Under the pieces are notes generated by a model. It was given only the letters and a program-made list of their open reading frames with translations, made no database searches and was not told the origin of the DNA. From Octopus vulgaris (Eukaryota), in assembly GCA_951406725.2 (NCBI GenBank), contig OX597825.1, positions 44,640,001 through 44,704,000 on the forward strand: a stretch of 64,000 nucleotides of DNA. The letters run 5' to 3'. How positions within the stretch are numbered: position 1 is the first letter of the stretch; every line of letters starts with the position of its first letter. The position numbers were made by a program, and so were the translations under genes. Of this stretch, positions 42,460 to 56,211 are shown piece after piece.

Positions 42460-43294
42460 AACGTTTTTGTTTTGGTTATATGCCCAAGATTTTTAATATT
42501 GAAAACCAGAAATATTTTTAATCGCCTTTTTCACCATTTCTTCACGCCATAAACTTCTTAATTCATAATAAATATCAGCTGCTTCAGCTAGGTCATTCTT
42601 GAATGGATCCTAGTTCTACAGACTATATAAAAGTTCATTTGAGAGTGGATAATCAATCTATCAGCTTATGAATTTGAACCCAATATCGAAAGCCAATGAA
42701 ACAAGCGTGAAAAATTTATAGCGTTAACACTTCTGTTGGTGACCAATTTGTGGCCCGCTATACGCCACTGTATCTTGTTAGCACAATACCAATGGAACAC
42801 TGTGATACGACAAATTTTCACTGGATATTTGTGTCTCAGTACTCTTGTAAACGTCGTTTTAGACTTTTTATAAATCTTTGATATTCATACTTGCCAAGGC
42901 CATATAGGAACGAAAATGTAGCCAAACATCTTCGACAGTATCGAACCATCAACGCAACTTATCTAACTGGGAGGTAACCTCTTACTAGGCGACTGTCAAC
43001 TACAAAGTTTAAGAATATTAAAAATCTTCCTTTCGCTTTTCATTAAAATAGAATGAAATTAAATAACATTTTGTTATATTAACAGCAGATATTGAAATTA
43101 TTTATTGATTTCTAGTTGAGATTAATAAGCAGATAAAACAACGTTGATTGGGTATCTTCTTAGGCATTAATCATATCGACAACATTATTCTGTCGATCCA
43201 TATCGTTAAAATTCAGCTTTCATTTCATCTTTTTAGAAATGTCATCGAATTTACAATTATCAATTGAAAATAATATAAACAATTATCAACCGAA

Positions 43295-43415
<121 letters not shown>

Positions 43416-44075
43416 GATATATAAAAAAATACATATTCGACGTGGCTTTAAAAGTAATTCATTGAGTTATAAACCTCGGCGAGAAAACAAATATCAGACG
43501 CATGATGAGTTGATTTTTCGACCTCATCATGTTTGCATTTTGTTTTTTACTGTCAGAATCAAGCACGTAATCTAAATAGTGTTCGTTACATATCAAAAAG
43601 TATTTGGAGAAAACCCTCTCATAATGAAGATATGAAAATGTGTGAAAAAAAAATCACGTAACATATTAGAGAACACAAACATTAATTAATTCTCTTTACT
43701 ATAAAAATCTGTATATAAATGCTGCTCCTACATATAACACATAGTTCGATATTTAAGCTAAAATTGTTTTTAGATATGTAATACCACGTGTAGCACAACT
43801 GACTACAACAGTACACAATCTACAATAATTTGATATATTTTCCATTTTTTATTTTGTATAGAATATATTGATATGAAATATAAAATAATCTAAAAACCTA
43901 ACGCAGCTTCATTACATTATTCTAGTTGTCTTAATAAAAGTAGGGAAAATTTTGAGGCCTAATTCTGTGTATTATACGTGCTCCTAATATTATGCTTTTC
44001 TTAGGGGAAAAATATTTCGTATCATACTTGAAATTTTACGGTACTTCGTGTATGCCTTCGTTGCATTATGTAAAG

Positions 44076-46379
44076 CATGGGTCACCAAACTACGGACCGC
44101 GGGCCGGATCCGGCCCCCCGTTGTATGCTGAAAAAATAAATATGCTTTGATACTGCTTCTTACATTTCTTAAATTACGCATGCCGTTTGTATACTGAGTC
44201 AGTCACGTCACGCACTATGTATTTCACGCGCCTTAATAATCACTACAGTACATCACGTGTGCCTTGGGCTAGTCAGTTATTAATGATTACAATTAAAACG
44301 AGAATATCTGACGCCGAGGCCTAAGACTGCTTTTGTTTTTTCTTCACCCATCCTTATGGATACTAAGAAGAGAAAGGTTGATGATGAATGTTGCATTTTC
44401 AATACAGAATGGGGAGAAAAGTACTTCTATTTGAAAACAAACGACCAGAAAGCTAGTTGCCTGATATGCAACGAAAGTGTTGCTGTTATGAAAGAGTACA
44501 ATATTCGTCGTCACTACGAAGCAAAACATCCCTCAACATATTCTAAATATTCTGGAAAATAGCAGTCTGAGAAATTGGAATCTATGAAACGTTGTTTGGA
44601 ATCTCAAAGGAATTTCTTTACGGAAAAGTTTGTTGAAAATGAATCTATCACTCATGTAAGATATAAAATAGTGAATAAGTTGGCAGAGCGAGGAAAACCA
44701 TTTACTGACGGAAACTTTATAAAAGAGTGCATGGTGGAAGCAGCGAATGACTTGTGTCCTGAAAAAGCTAACATGTTTGGCTGTATCAGCCTTTCAGCAA
44801 GTTCAGTTGTGCGGAGAATAGAAGAACGTGGAGAGAATATACAGTTACAGATACACGAGAAAGCTAAGAAATGTTTGTGGTATTCTCTCGCAATGAATGT
44901 GTCTTCTGATTTCTCTAGTACGTCACAACTTCATGTGTTCATTCGTGGTGTTAATTGCAACTTTCAGATTATAGAAGAAATGGCATCCGTTTGCAGTATA
45001 CATGGAACAACAACAGGAGAAGATATTTTCATAGAGGTGCAGAAGGCTTTGCAAAACTATAAATTTCAGTGGAATCAGCTTCGGTGCGTTACAGTCGATG
45101 GGGGAAAACATGGCAGGAGTGAAGAAGGGTTTGGCAAGGCGGATCCAGACCAAGTTGGAGGAGCTTCAACTTCCGAAAGCTCTGTTTTTACACTGCATTA
45201 TACATCGGCAACCACTCTATGGAAAACACTTAGATATTTCTTACGTACTAAAACAGGTTACAACAGTGGTGAACTTTATTCGGAAATATGGGCTTAATCA
45301 CCGACAGTTCCAGGCTTTCCTTGAAGAAACGGATTCTGATTTCTGTGACTTGCCTTCCTACACAGAAGTGAGATGGCTCAGTTTCGTTCAGAAGCTCCGA
45401 AGAGAAATAGATCTTTTTCTCACCGAAAAGAATAGAGCTATCAGATTCTTCATGGTTATCGAAGTTGTCATTTTTAGTTGACGTCATTTCTCATATGGAT
45501 GAATTGAATTTAAAACTGCAAGGAAAGAATAGCCTTGTCTGTGATCTCTACAGAATTATTACAGCATTTCGGAGAAAGCTATCATTGTTTGAAGCACAAC
45601 TTGAAGGTGAAAACTGCTCTCATTTCCAGTACTTTCAAGTTTTGCACAGAAAATGTGGAACATGTTAACCTCAAATTTCAGAAAAAAATTATTCGGGACT
45701 TAAATAAACATTTTTCTCAAAGATTTTCAGATCTTGACAGAATTAAGAATGAAATTATTTTGTTTGAGAATTCCTTTGGCTGTAATCTTGATAACACGCC
45801 AACTGAACTACAGCAAGCTAATACCTTGTTGAAAAAGAAGCACAGAGAAGGAAAGCTCATTGAATTTTATCGTTGCTTGCCTGCTGTTGAGTTTTCAAAA
45901 CTGAAAAAATTTGCCTCAGGTATTGCATCAGTTTTTGAAATAACTTATGTTTGTGAGCAAACTTTTTCAAAAAGAAGTGTGTGAAGTCAATACATCGAAC
46001 AAGGCCCACTGATGAACATTTGAAAGCAATTCTTCTGGTTGGCTGCAGCAATCATAAAGCAGATGTTGACGATATTTTGGAAGCAAAACGCCAGTTTCAT
46101 TAATCTCATTAACTTTCGTGCTGCGTACTTTTTATGTAATTCAGCTATGTGAGAACTTTTTCTACAAATTCTAACTTGGTAATATTTTGGTATTATTAAA
46201 ATGTTTATTGTTTTTATTATTTTGTGTATTTTATATATTGATAAATAAATAGGATGACTCTTTATTTTTTGTGTACATTCAGTGTATTGTACTGAATTGA
46301 ACAAAATATTTATCCGGCCCGCGCTTGGTATTCTTTTAGCTATCTCTGGCCCACTATGAAAAAAGTTTGGTGACCCCTG
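44076..46379 (+). mobile_element. hAT Buster-family (SPIN/GTF2IRD2-like) transposon, near full length; transposase pseudogene ~44356-46110
   Basis: TIR catgggtcaccaaact / agtttggtgacccctg; TSD atgtaaag / atgtagtg; BED-like finger 'CLICNESVAVMKEYNIRRHYEAKH', 'VTVDG', 'LHCIIH', 'EVRWLS', 'TYVCEQTFS'; stops and frameshifts. Confidence 0.95.
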
Positions 46380-46409
46380 ATGTAGTGAACCGTAGCAAAG
46401 TATAGCAAT

Positions 46410-46610
46410 GTGATGTAATGTAGTGGTGTACAGACAAGCGGAAGGTAGAACCAGGAGAGGAAGGAGAAAATGACCTATATCGATAACTTGCCGGAGGATA
46501 CTGGTATGGAAGGGGTACAGGAGTTGAAGACCATTATGGAAGATCGAGATGAATGGGGGAAAACGTATGAAAACGTCTTATAGCATCCTGAGGGACGACT
46601 TAGATAGATA
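46410..46610 (+). mobile_element. RTE-X-like LINE 3' remnant
   Basis: 'GRTRRGRR..MTYIDNLPEDTGMEGVQELKTIMEDRDEW' and a short (TAGA) tail. Confidence 0.65.
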
Positions 46611-46614
46611 AATA

Positions 46615-46845
46615 TTCTTCTTTTATTCTTTTGCTTCTTTCAGTCATTTGACTGCGGCTAAACTGGAGCACCGCCTTGAAGGGTTTTTTAGTCAAACAAT
46701 TAGACCCTATGACTTATTCTTTGTAAGCCTAGTACTTATTCTAACAATCTCTTTTGCGGTTCTCAAGCGATGGTGGGGACAAACACAGACACAAAAACAC
46801 ACTCACATGAATATATTCATATATATGAATACATACATACATACA

Positions 46846-46905
<60 letters not shown>

Positions 46906-47030
46906 TTATTTGATTGGACGCCACACATCCATTTCCAAATAAGTTTATTTTATATATATTTACGACGGCTTCTTTCAGTTTCCGTCTACCAAATCCACTC
47001 ACAAGGCTTTAGTCGGCCCGAAACTATACT
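46615..47030 (-). mobile_element. tRNA-SINE family A (partial)
   Basis: Reverse-complement tail and body; head missing. Confidence 0.85.
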
Positions 47031-47945
47031 TGTTTTTTTTTCTTTGTTTAGAAGAGGAGAAAAATATTTTTGTGCTTTTGGTCATTTTACTACTTTATTC
47101 TATTTTTTATAGTAATGATGATGGATGAAGAGAAAACATTTATATTACACTGTTACTGTTATTTCTGAATGTGGCTCCAGTGTTAATAACGTGATACACA
47201 TCTCTATAAACGGTTGTATATATATATATATATATATAACATTGGGACTTTGACAACTGTTGTTCTATAGAAAGAATACTAGAACCATATTACCACTGAT
47301 TAGTGTAGCTACATAACAAAGTAATTCGTGAAAAAGATCTCTTTTGAATTATCTTATCCAAGCAAACAAGAAAAAGATAAATAAACCCTGTAAAACGAGG
47401 AAAGATACTCAAAAATATATTTAAGCAAGCCCTTCTTTGTTATATAATTTATATCCTACAGAGTAGCTTCCAGCTAAATATACAATACACATGTTATTGC
47501 AAAACTCATTTATGATGTTTGATTAAATGTACATAGAGAATAGATTGAATTATAAACAGTACCTAACTCAAATCAATTTTTATATTCTGACTTTATTTAC
47601 CTAATTTATGAATATTTTATTGTTCGTTCGTGCAGGAATAACACAGAATATGGAGTTAGACTATACAAGTGTAAAGGAATATATATTTTCATTGAACTTT
47701 GAATTCTTTTTTATCTTTCAGTGATGACCGCACTTTCCCCTCTTTCCTTATCTTTCCAATCCTACTTCCTAAAGTTGATATCTTAGAAAGGTTACCTAGC
47801 TCTTGTGAGAAAATGTATCTATTTACAAATATGTTGATAGGTATACAATGAGAAGGGAAAGAAAAGGAAGAGTAAAAGAGAAAAGAAAATGCTTTATAAG
47901 GCAATTTCAATGGGTTAACCACATCAAATTGAAAATAAACCACTT

Positions 47946-47999
<54 letters not shown>

Positions 48000-48387
48000 T
48001 TAACTATCTATCTATCTATGCTTTCACCATCCTTTACTTTTTTCCTGTTTCTTGATTATCCTGGAACCTCTCTCTTTGCTTTTATTTCTCTCTTCCCCCC
48101 ATTTTACACAAACAAAGAGATTTCCCTCAAACCAAGAAGACATCCGATTCATATAAATGAACAACGAAACGTTCTGTTTTTATCACCTTGATTTTGTCTT
48201 GACAAGTTCGATAAACGAAAGCGCTAATAAAGAATTATCCACAATTCTGACTGCCTCCTTTTTCTCAACATACAATATCTGTACACCACTTCAAACACTC
48301 TATACATTAGATATATATATACGCAAATACATATGAATACATATATGCATACATGTATGCATGTATATATATATGTGTGTGTGTGTA

Positions 48388-48889
48388 TTTACATTTGTGT
48401 GTTGACACATTAGAGCGTTTTAGCTCTTATTTCTGGCAATATATGTGCTTCAAACACCCCAGTCACATTTAGTGACAATCATAATTTTTGATTTGAGTGA
48501 AACATTGCATAATGCTGTTTATATTAATTTTATGTGTACATATAAACGAATCGCTAGATAATCCATTGGTTTACATGACAAAAATATATATACTAATAGG
48601 GAAGCGAGTCTGACAAGAACCAAAGTTCGAGCCAGTCCCAACTGATGAGGCAACGGAAACTGCTGAAACTGACGTCAGTATAAGGAATTCTCAATCGGTA
48701 TATTTTGGCCGATTAAGGTCTCTGCTAGAACATATCTTTACATTTGTGTACGTTGACTACAGCACTAGAGCATTTTGGCTCTCATTTCTAGCAATGTAGG
48801 CGTTTCTAACACACTAGTCACATTTAGTGACAATTATAAATCTCCTTTTTGGTGAATCATTGCAAACTGCTCTTTATATTAATTTTATA
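48388..48889 (+). repeat. ~150-bp direct repeats flanking a hammerhead motif (pseudo-LTR arrangement)
   Basis: 48388-48533 resembles 48738-48889. Between them lies CTGATGA-ggca[acggaaac]tgct-GAAA-C-tgac-GTC (48642-48676). Confidence 0.75.
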
Positions 48890-48891
48890 CA

Positions 48892-49302
48892 TTCTTTTAT
48901 TCTTACACTTGTTTCAGTCATTTGACTACGGTCCTGCTGGAGCACAGCTTTAGTCGAACAAATCGACCCCAGGACTCATTCTTTGTAAGCCTAGTGCTTA
49001 TTCCATCGGTTTCTTTTACCGAAACACTAGATTACGGGGACGTAATCACACCACCATCAGTTGTCAAACGATGGTGGTGGGGGAATAAACACAGACACAC
49101 GAAAATATACATATATATATACACACACACATACATATATATATATATGGTTTCCTTCAGTTTCCGTCTACCAGATCTACTCACAAGGCTTTGGTCAGCA
49201 CGAGGCTATAGTAGAAGACACTTGCCCAAGATGCCATGCAGTGGGACTGAACCCAAAATTATGTGGTTGGGAAGCAAATGTCTTACGACATTGCCACGCC
49301 AG
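48892..49302 (-). mobile_element. tRNA-SINE family A
   Basis: Full-length diverged reverse-complement copy. Confidence 0.9.
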
Positions 49303-50327
49303 CACGTATATATACACACATTTATATATATATATATAGTTTCTGTTAAGAAAGTAGTAGAGTACAGTATACAGTATGCATATCCGTATTTGTGAGCGTG
49401 TGGGAATATGCGTATGTATATGCGTGCGAAACTAGGTGTATAGATATATATATATATAGAGAGAGAGAGGCATAGAAAAGACCATGCATATGCTGAAAGC
49501 GGACGTTAAATCATCAAACCATTAAAAAAAATTATCACTTGTATAGAACGTGTTGAAATCGAAGGAGCAGGCTCAAAGAAATTCATAAAATATTTAACCT
49601 TGAATTGATCAATTTCTGAATTAGCCCAATTACTTTTCCTCATCAGCAAAGCATACTTAGGGAAATAAATGAGATATTTACACATACTCACATCAGGAGC
49701 ATACATACTCACATGAAACTGAGCAATAGTTTGTGACAATTTTGTTTATTACTGTCTCTTAAACTAAATAGGACTCTGATACTTCATTGATTTATATTTT
49801 GTTATTATCATATATTATCAAAATAGCTAGCGATTGGAGATATAAAGAAACGTTTTGAAAGTTATGGATTTTCTTTACCTAATTATATTATCCATTATTT
49901 TTATTCTTTAGTGGTACATGTTATGTATTTGAATAGTTAACGCTCACGCTCTTAAACATAAGCATTTTGAATCAGTATTTTGCAATCTGGCAGTCGTTTT
50001 ACATGGAATATCGTCTGTCTTTTGGACCAAAACCTTGAAGAGACTTGTATACATGGATATGAATTGTATATAAATCAAATAATGTATATAAGTCGAACGA
50101 AATTGTTGGATATTTTGGGTTTTTAATAATTGTTTATATTGTGTTATTTTATATTACATTATAATATATAATATATAAATATTATATTATATTGCAAATA
50201 AATTGTTAGATTGTCGATTTAATTTATTGCTTGTATTTTTGTATTCATACCTCTATTTCCGTGGTATTCAACTGATGTACCATTGAATTGAATGTATTTC
50301 ACTTCGTTGAAGGAATTTTCTCTTTCT

Positions 50328-50380
<53 letters not shown>

Positions 50381-50505
50381 TTGTATATTTGTATACATAT
50401 ATATAATGTATATATGTATTTTTGCATGTAAGTGTGTATGGATGCAGTTCATGTTTATTAATTGAAACCGGTAAGGGAGCTCTGAAACAGGTAAAAGATA
50501 AAGGA

Positions 50506-50566
<61 letters not shown>

Positions 50567-52109
50567 AATTGGTGTTTTTTCAATTAGAAGCGTTTAAACA
50601 CGTGATTTCGTTAGTCCACATATCAGAAGCATGTGGCATATATTCTTACACTGATAAGTTATATACGCTTACACTGATAAGTGCATTTGCTTGGTATGTA
50701 CACCTGAAGCTTTTCTAGAGTATCAGACTCAAAAATTTAGACGACTGGTTAATATCCACGCAGTGGGACCAAACTCGAAATCACACTGTAAAGAAATGAA
50801 ATTCTTATAAGCCCAAATATTCCTACAAGCATTTCATAAGTTTTGTAAGCACACATATCTAACCGTACACAACCCCATATAAAAATACATATCAATATTT
50901 ATCATTACAACGAAAGTTTATATGTATGTGTGTGTGTGTGTGCGTATGTGTGTGTATGCATGTGTGCGTGCATGCGCGCGTGGGTACGTGCGTCAGTGAG
51001 TGTGTGGAGAAAAAGAGGTACATATACATACATATATACATACATGTACAAATTCAAATATAGATGCATATATCTGTAAGTATATATATGTATAGATATA
51101 CATATACATACTTATACATGTATGTGTGTGCTTCTGTGTATGAGCATACGTATACACACATATACATAGAGAATATTATATATATGGCCTCTTTCAAAAT
51201 TAAAGCAATACATACATGCATTCCAATAACGAAACAAATACACACACTCAAACACGCATACATTAACACAATAGACATTTCCGAATATATATGCACACAT
51301 GTATATTCGCTAATCTTCAAATAATAGAATTATATTAAACTTTTAATAAATATCATTTAATAAAGTTAATCTAATAACACTGACATTTTTCACGTGGAAA
51401 GAATTCTTGTGACGTCATCTTTGGCACCTTGGGAGAAAACGGCGATTTGAAGAAATATTCTAAGAATGTGGCATTAAAAATAGACATTTATGATCACTAA
51501 TAGCAATAGCAATAATAAGAGAAATAAAATTAGTGGGGTTTTTTTTACAATTCAAATAAACTACAATTATCCACGTAGATCCAACGAAATAATTATAGGC
51601 ACAAACAAAGTGCATATCCCGCGGGACAATTTTAAAAATTACAAATCAAATTATTTACCAAAAATAACTAACCTCATAAAATCAGAGACAATCAGTCACA
51701 CTATATACCAACATCACACACAACTGAAAATAAAACTCAGTACTATGAAAACATTTGTATGCAACATAAGCCACAAAAAAACAATAAAGCAGTAAAAAGA
51801 GTCATTAATAACATTAAGAACAACACTAATAACGATCACATCATCCATATGATCGTAAGAATTTAAGTAACAGACCCGTACTACAACAAGAAAAGGCAGA
51901 TATTAGCTATTTCACGAAAATGAATCCCCAAATACAAAGAAACGAATGCAAAACGAAAAATACGCACCCCCTAACTAGACCGCTATTTCAATACTTTTAG
52001 TAGAAAGGATTATTATAATTATTGAAAGGTAGTGAACAGATAAAATCCAATCAGATATCCAGAGAGCGATAAGGAAATCTAACCACTCAAAAGCTCAATC
52101 CACTCACAA

Positions 52110-52325
52110 ACAGAATTGGCAGAGACTAAATCATGTCCCTCATATCATTAGATCTCGCTGTATCACGGAGACCAGGATTTCCGACACGCACATACTGACT
52201 CCCTTCCATGACAGTTATGAGATATCTGAATCCCAAAACTGACTTGGATCGAGAGGAGTGGCTTGTTCTAGAAAAGTCAGGATCTCGAGGTACGAGCGCT
52301 CTTACTAGACTCGGAGTGTAAGTTT
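52110..52325 (+). mobile_element. L1/Tx1-like apurinic endonuclease remnant
   Basis: Frameshifted 'LDLAV-ITETRISDTHILTPFHDSYEI..S..GGVA..LEK-SQDLEVRALLLDSECKF', matching APE motifs xTET, GGVA and DxxGR. Confidence 0.55.
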
Positions 52326-52719
52326 CAGGCATCTGAAAACGATCTTGGAAATGTCCCGCTCTCTAGTACGAGTGAGTGACTGAAAGAGTATCTTACACAT
52401 ACAATGAGAATATGACGGACTAGACTATAAGAGAAGCGGGTGTAAAAGCTTCGCAAAACTGCTCAAACTTTTACATGTGACTGGCTCTATTGAGTGGATT
52501 TTTCGAATAATCCACCGCTTAGAATCGAGTAGTACGCGGCACATTCCACACCATCAAAAGATGTTACTACGTTGCACCTCGGTCGACCAGGCCTGTCGAA
52601 AATTTCCTTCCCTCACATATTAGAAAACATATTATGTAAACCCTCACAATATTTATATCTTTGTCATTTTTATGCTGTTTGTTTTCTATCTAACAAAGGT
52701 ATCATTATTATCAGGTTGA

Positions 52720-53544
52720 TTCGTATGAGTATCGGAGAAGTGGTTTGTGCTCTTTGTTTCGGTCATGAATTCAAATCCAGCCAAGACCAGCTTTGCTTTC
52801 GCTTTTTCAGAGTCGACTACTGGGCCTATGATGTCGACGTGCTCCCTCCTTCAAAATTCTGGCTTTTTTACTAAAATTATAAAGAATTACTATCATTGGT
52901 GAGCTGACAGAATCGTTACCGCTCCGAGTAAAATGCGAGCTGGCAGAAACGGTAGCACGCCGGGCGAAATGCATAGCAGTATTTCGTCTGCCTTTACGTT
53001 GTGAGTTCAAATTCCGCCGAGGTCGACTTTGCCCTTCATCCTTTCGGGGTCGATAAATTAAGTACCAGTTACACACCGGGGTCGATGTAATCGACTTAAT
53101 ACCTATGTCTGTCCTTGTTTGTCCCCTCTATGTTTAGCTCCTTGTGGGTAATAAAGAAATAGGTATTTCGGTCACCTAGACGTTGTGAGTTCAAATTCCG
53201 CCGAGGTTGATTTTGCCTTTCATCCTTTCAGGGTCGATAAGTTAAGTACCACTGAAACACTGGGGTCAATGTCAACGACTATCCCACCACCCACACACCA
53301 AAGTTCGGGCTGTGTGCCTTTAGTAGAAAGGATTATTATTATTATTGAAAAGCAGTGAACAGATAAAATCGTTAGCACATCGGTTATAATGCTTAGCAGC
53401 AGTTCGTCGTTCTTCACGTTCTGAGTTCAAATTCCAATGAGGTCGACTTTACCTTTCAACTTTTCTGGGTCTTTAAAACACTGGAGTCGATGTAATTGAC
53501 TTACGCATCCCCCGAAGTTGCTGGACTTGTGCCAAAATTTGAAA

Positions 53545-53547
<3 letters not shown>
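52720..53547 (+). mobile_element. Cluster of ~4 tandem or nested SINEs (family D, Nin/Deu-like central domain)
   Basis: Repeated gagttcaaattccgccgaggtcgactttgcc(t)ttcatcctttcggggtcgataa; the older copies end in ATT-rich tails; the youngest copy ~52936-53163 is nested in an older one. Confidence 0.85.
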
Positions 53548-53603
<56 letters not shown>

Positions 53604-53606
<3 letters not shown>

Positions 53607-53804
53607 CTCTGCAAGTTTCTCTTTAATTCAATAGAAAATTGTTACTGTTATCTCTTTTATCTTTTACATTATTCACATTATTTTCAACTGGACAACCGGA
53701 TTCTACTGCCACTCACGATTTCTTTTCTCAATCACTAATCATCATCATCATCATCATTATTATTATTATTATTATTATTATAATTATTATTATTATTATT
53801 ATTA

Positions 53805-53836
<32 letters not shown>

Positions 53837-54255
53837 TTTACTATTATTATTATCATTATTATTATTATTGAATCCTCTTTCAAAATGCGACTATTTTGGA
53901 AATTATTATTAGGCTGTGTACTAGCAGAAATGGTAGAAAGGTTTGGTGAAATGCTGACTTACACTCTGAATCACATCATGAAAATAAGTTTATTCTATTA
54001 TATCTCAACCGAATAATACTCTGTGTGTGTGTGTGTGTATGTATGTGTGTAATATTAAGTATTCTGGAGAGAATCGGGTACTTAAATGATATGCACCAGG
54101 TTAGTCGAATAGATATACTGGGTACTGGAGTATATCCAGTAAAATATTCAGGTTGTGCTTACAGAGAAAACTATCCCTACGAGTATTTAACGCCTAGGGG
54201 CTGGTCCAGAGCGCACGGTGTGTTGATCATACGATGTTTGGTATTCCCTAAGATG

Positions 54256-54313
<58 letters not shown>

Positions 54314-54719
54314 ATGTATGTGTGTGTAATGTATATATGCACATATGTATGTGTATGTATATAAGTGTGTGTGTGTGTGGTGTACGTGGATGCACATTCC
54401 TGCATATACAGCTATTAATGTGTTTGAATGTATGTAAGCATGAAGGCGTATCTATGCATTTTTGCAATTGCTTGTCTAAGAAACTTGCGGTTGACACTCA
54501 CCAACCAGTGTAGTGACATAATTACATCACGTGTCCCAAAAGTGACAGGCTATAGATCTGAAACTGTAAGCCTAGTGTAACCTCTGCAGGTTTCTCGTTA
54601 ATTTAGTAAAAAAAAAATTTACTGTTATCTCATTTATCTTTTACATTATTCACATTATTTACAACTGGACAACCGAATTCTTCTGTCACTCACGATTTCT
54701 TTTCTCAATCTCTAATCAT
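53604..54719 (+). repeat. ~140-bp direct repeat pair (53604-53742 / 54579-54719)
   Basis: aacctctgca..ttactgttatctc..ttcacattatt..caactggacaaccg..cacgatttcttttctcaatc occurs twice. Confidence 0.88.
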
Positions 54720-54765
54720 TATGTATGGTCGCTATATTCATGAATGCGTTGGTGCCCGTATATGT

Positions 54766-55006
54766 AATAATAATGTTCGTCCTTCGGTTCGAAGATGACC
54801 AACTGACATCATCTGATGGAACTGGCGCCATGAGACCGGAGGTGGCTGGTGAGGCCAATCCGGGCAAGGAAGCCCCTCCCACAGGTGGGGCAGAAGTGGG
54901 TAGGGGCCGTGATACTGGTGCAGGCGGCTCTGGTTTTACGCATCTGACGTTTCTGCTCCGCTGACCGAATCCGTCCCTCCTCGGCTGTCCCTGCTCCCAC
55001 GGTGAT
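54766..55006 (-). mobile_element. RTE (BovB-like) LINE 3' end
   Basis: 'AEQKRQMRK..HFCPTCGRGFLARIGLTSHLRSH' C-terminal C2H2 motif, then a short UTR and an (ATT) tail. Confidence 0.88.
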
Positions 55007-55768
55007 TGCGCGTATATGTATGTATGTTTTATATACATGTGTGTCAGTGAAATCTGACACACAGTGAAATCTGTTGTAAATCTGTATACTTTTAGAAGCT
55101 TGCTCAACACACAAGTACGTTTGTACACACGTACTCACATACACTCATATACATATGTATGTATATCCATGCATGCTACCAGCTAAATTTCTGAGTGTTT
55201 TACATATTTACACAGTTTCATCCAAGACTTTGTCTTTTTTGAATTAGTCGTGAAACCCACCTCCACATAGTTGTTACTGTTCCAATAATCAAAGGCATAA
55301 ATCTAAGTTTATAGTTTTGATGTAGTATCTGCATATTTTGCAGTTATTCGTCATAAATATTTTCTTTTATCTCGAATGCTATACTAACTATGTTTTTGCA
55401 TGGAAGCGTATCATAGTTTTTGATCGAATTCAGTAACTCCATCATCTGTTGAGTGGACAATTGCATATATGTATGTTGTTTTTGAGAATATATATCCTAA
55501 GAAATAGTTAATTAGTGAAAGTTGCTACGTTCAAAATAAAATGAAACACATTTGACGATCGAATTTCAGGCACCAAGTAACAGTATCAAAAGGTAGAATC
55601 AAATACAGACATCTGATGATGATATGATACTATATGGAATAAAAATTGATTTTCAGACCATTTAAGTATAAGCGTATAGTTGTTGCTTAGCCTCAGGTTC
55701 ACCATGATTGAGAAGACGTTCAATCAAAACCGTTTCATTTCTTTTTTCTTTTATTTTTTGTACATATA

Positions 55769-56130
55769 AGCGCAGGAGTGACTTTGTGGTAAGTAGCTTG
55801 CTTACCAACCACATGGTTCCGGGTTCAGTCCCACTGCATAGCACCTTGGGCAAGTGTCTTCTACTATAGCCTCGGGCCGATCAAAGCCTTGTGAGTGGAT
55901 TTGGTAGACGGAAACTGAAAAAAGCCCGTCGTATATATGTGTATATATTTATATATATATATGTGTGTGTGTGTGTGTATGTGTATGTGTGTGTGTGTGT
56001 CTGTGTTTGTGTGTCTGTGTTTGTCCCCCCCCCCAACAACCCTTGACAACCGATGCTGGTGTGTTTACGTCCCCGTAACTTAGCAGTCTGGTAAACGAGA
56101 CCGATAGAATAAGTACTAGGCTTACAAAGA
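55769..56130 (+). mobile_element. tRNA-SINE family A (3' truncated)
   Basis: Head through gcttacaaagaat. Confidence 0.92.
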
Positions 56131-56211
56131 ATTTGGCCGCTATTTCTTATATGCCGGGTGCTCCTTTAGAGTCTTTATTTCGCCTTGTATTTTCAGAGAT
56201 TTTACGGTAAT

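Noticed and set aside
52126-52332. Minus-strand 68-aa ORF preceded by a ttttcag acceptor-like site
   Set aside because: The opposite strand matches a LINE endonuclease remnant, so the ORF is likely antisense shadow.
54809-55144. C2H2 zinc-finger host gene
   Set aside because: It is the terminal C2H2 motif of an RTE LINE ORF, followed by the LINE tail.
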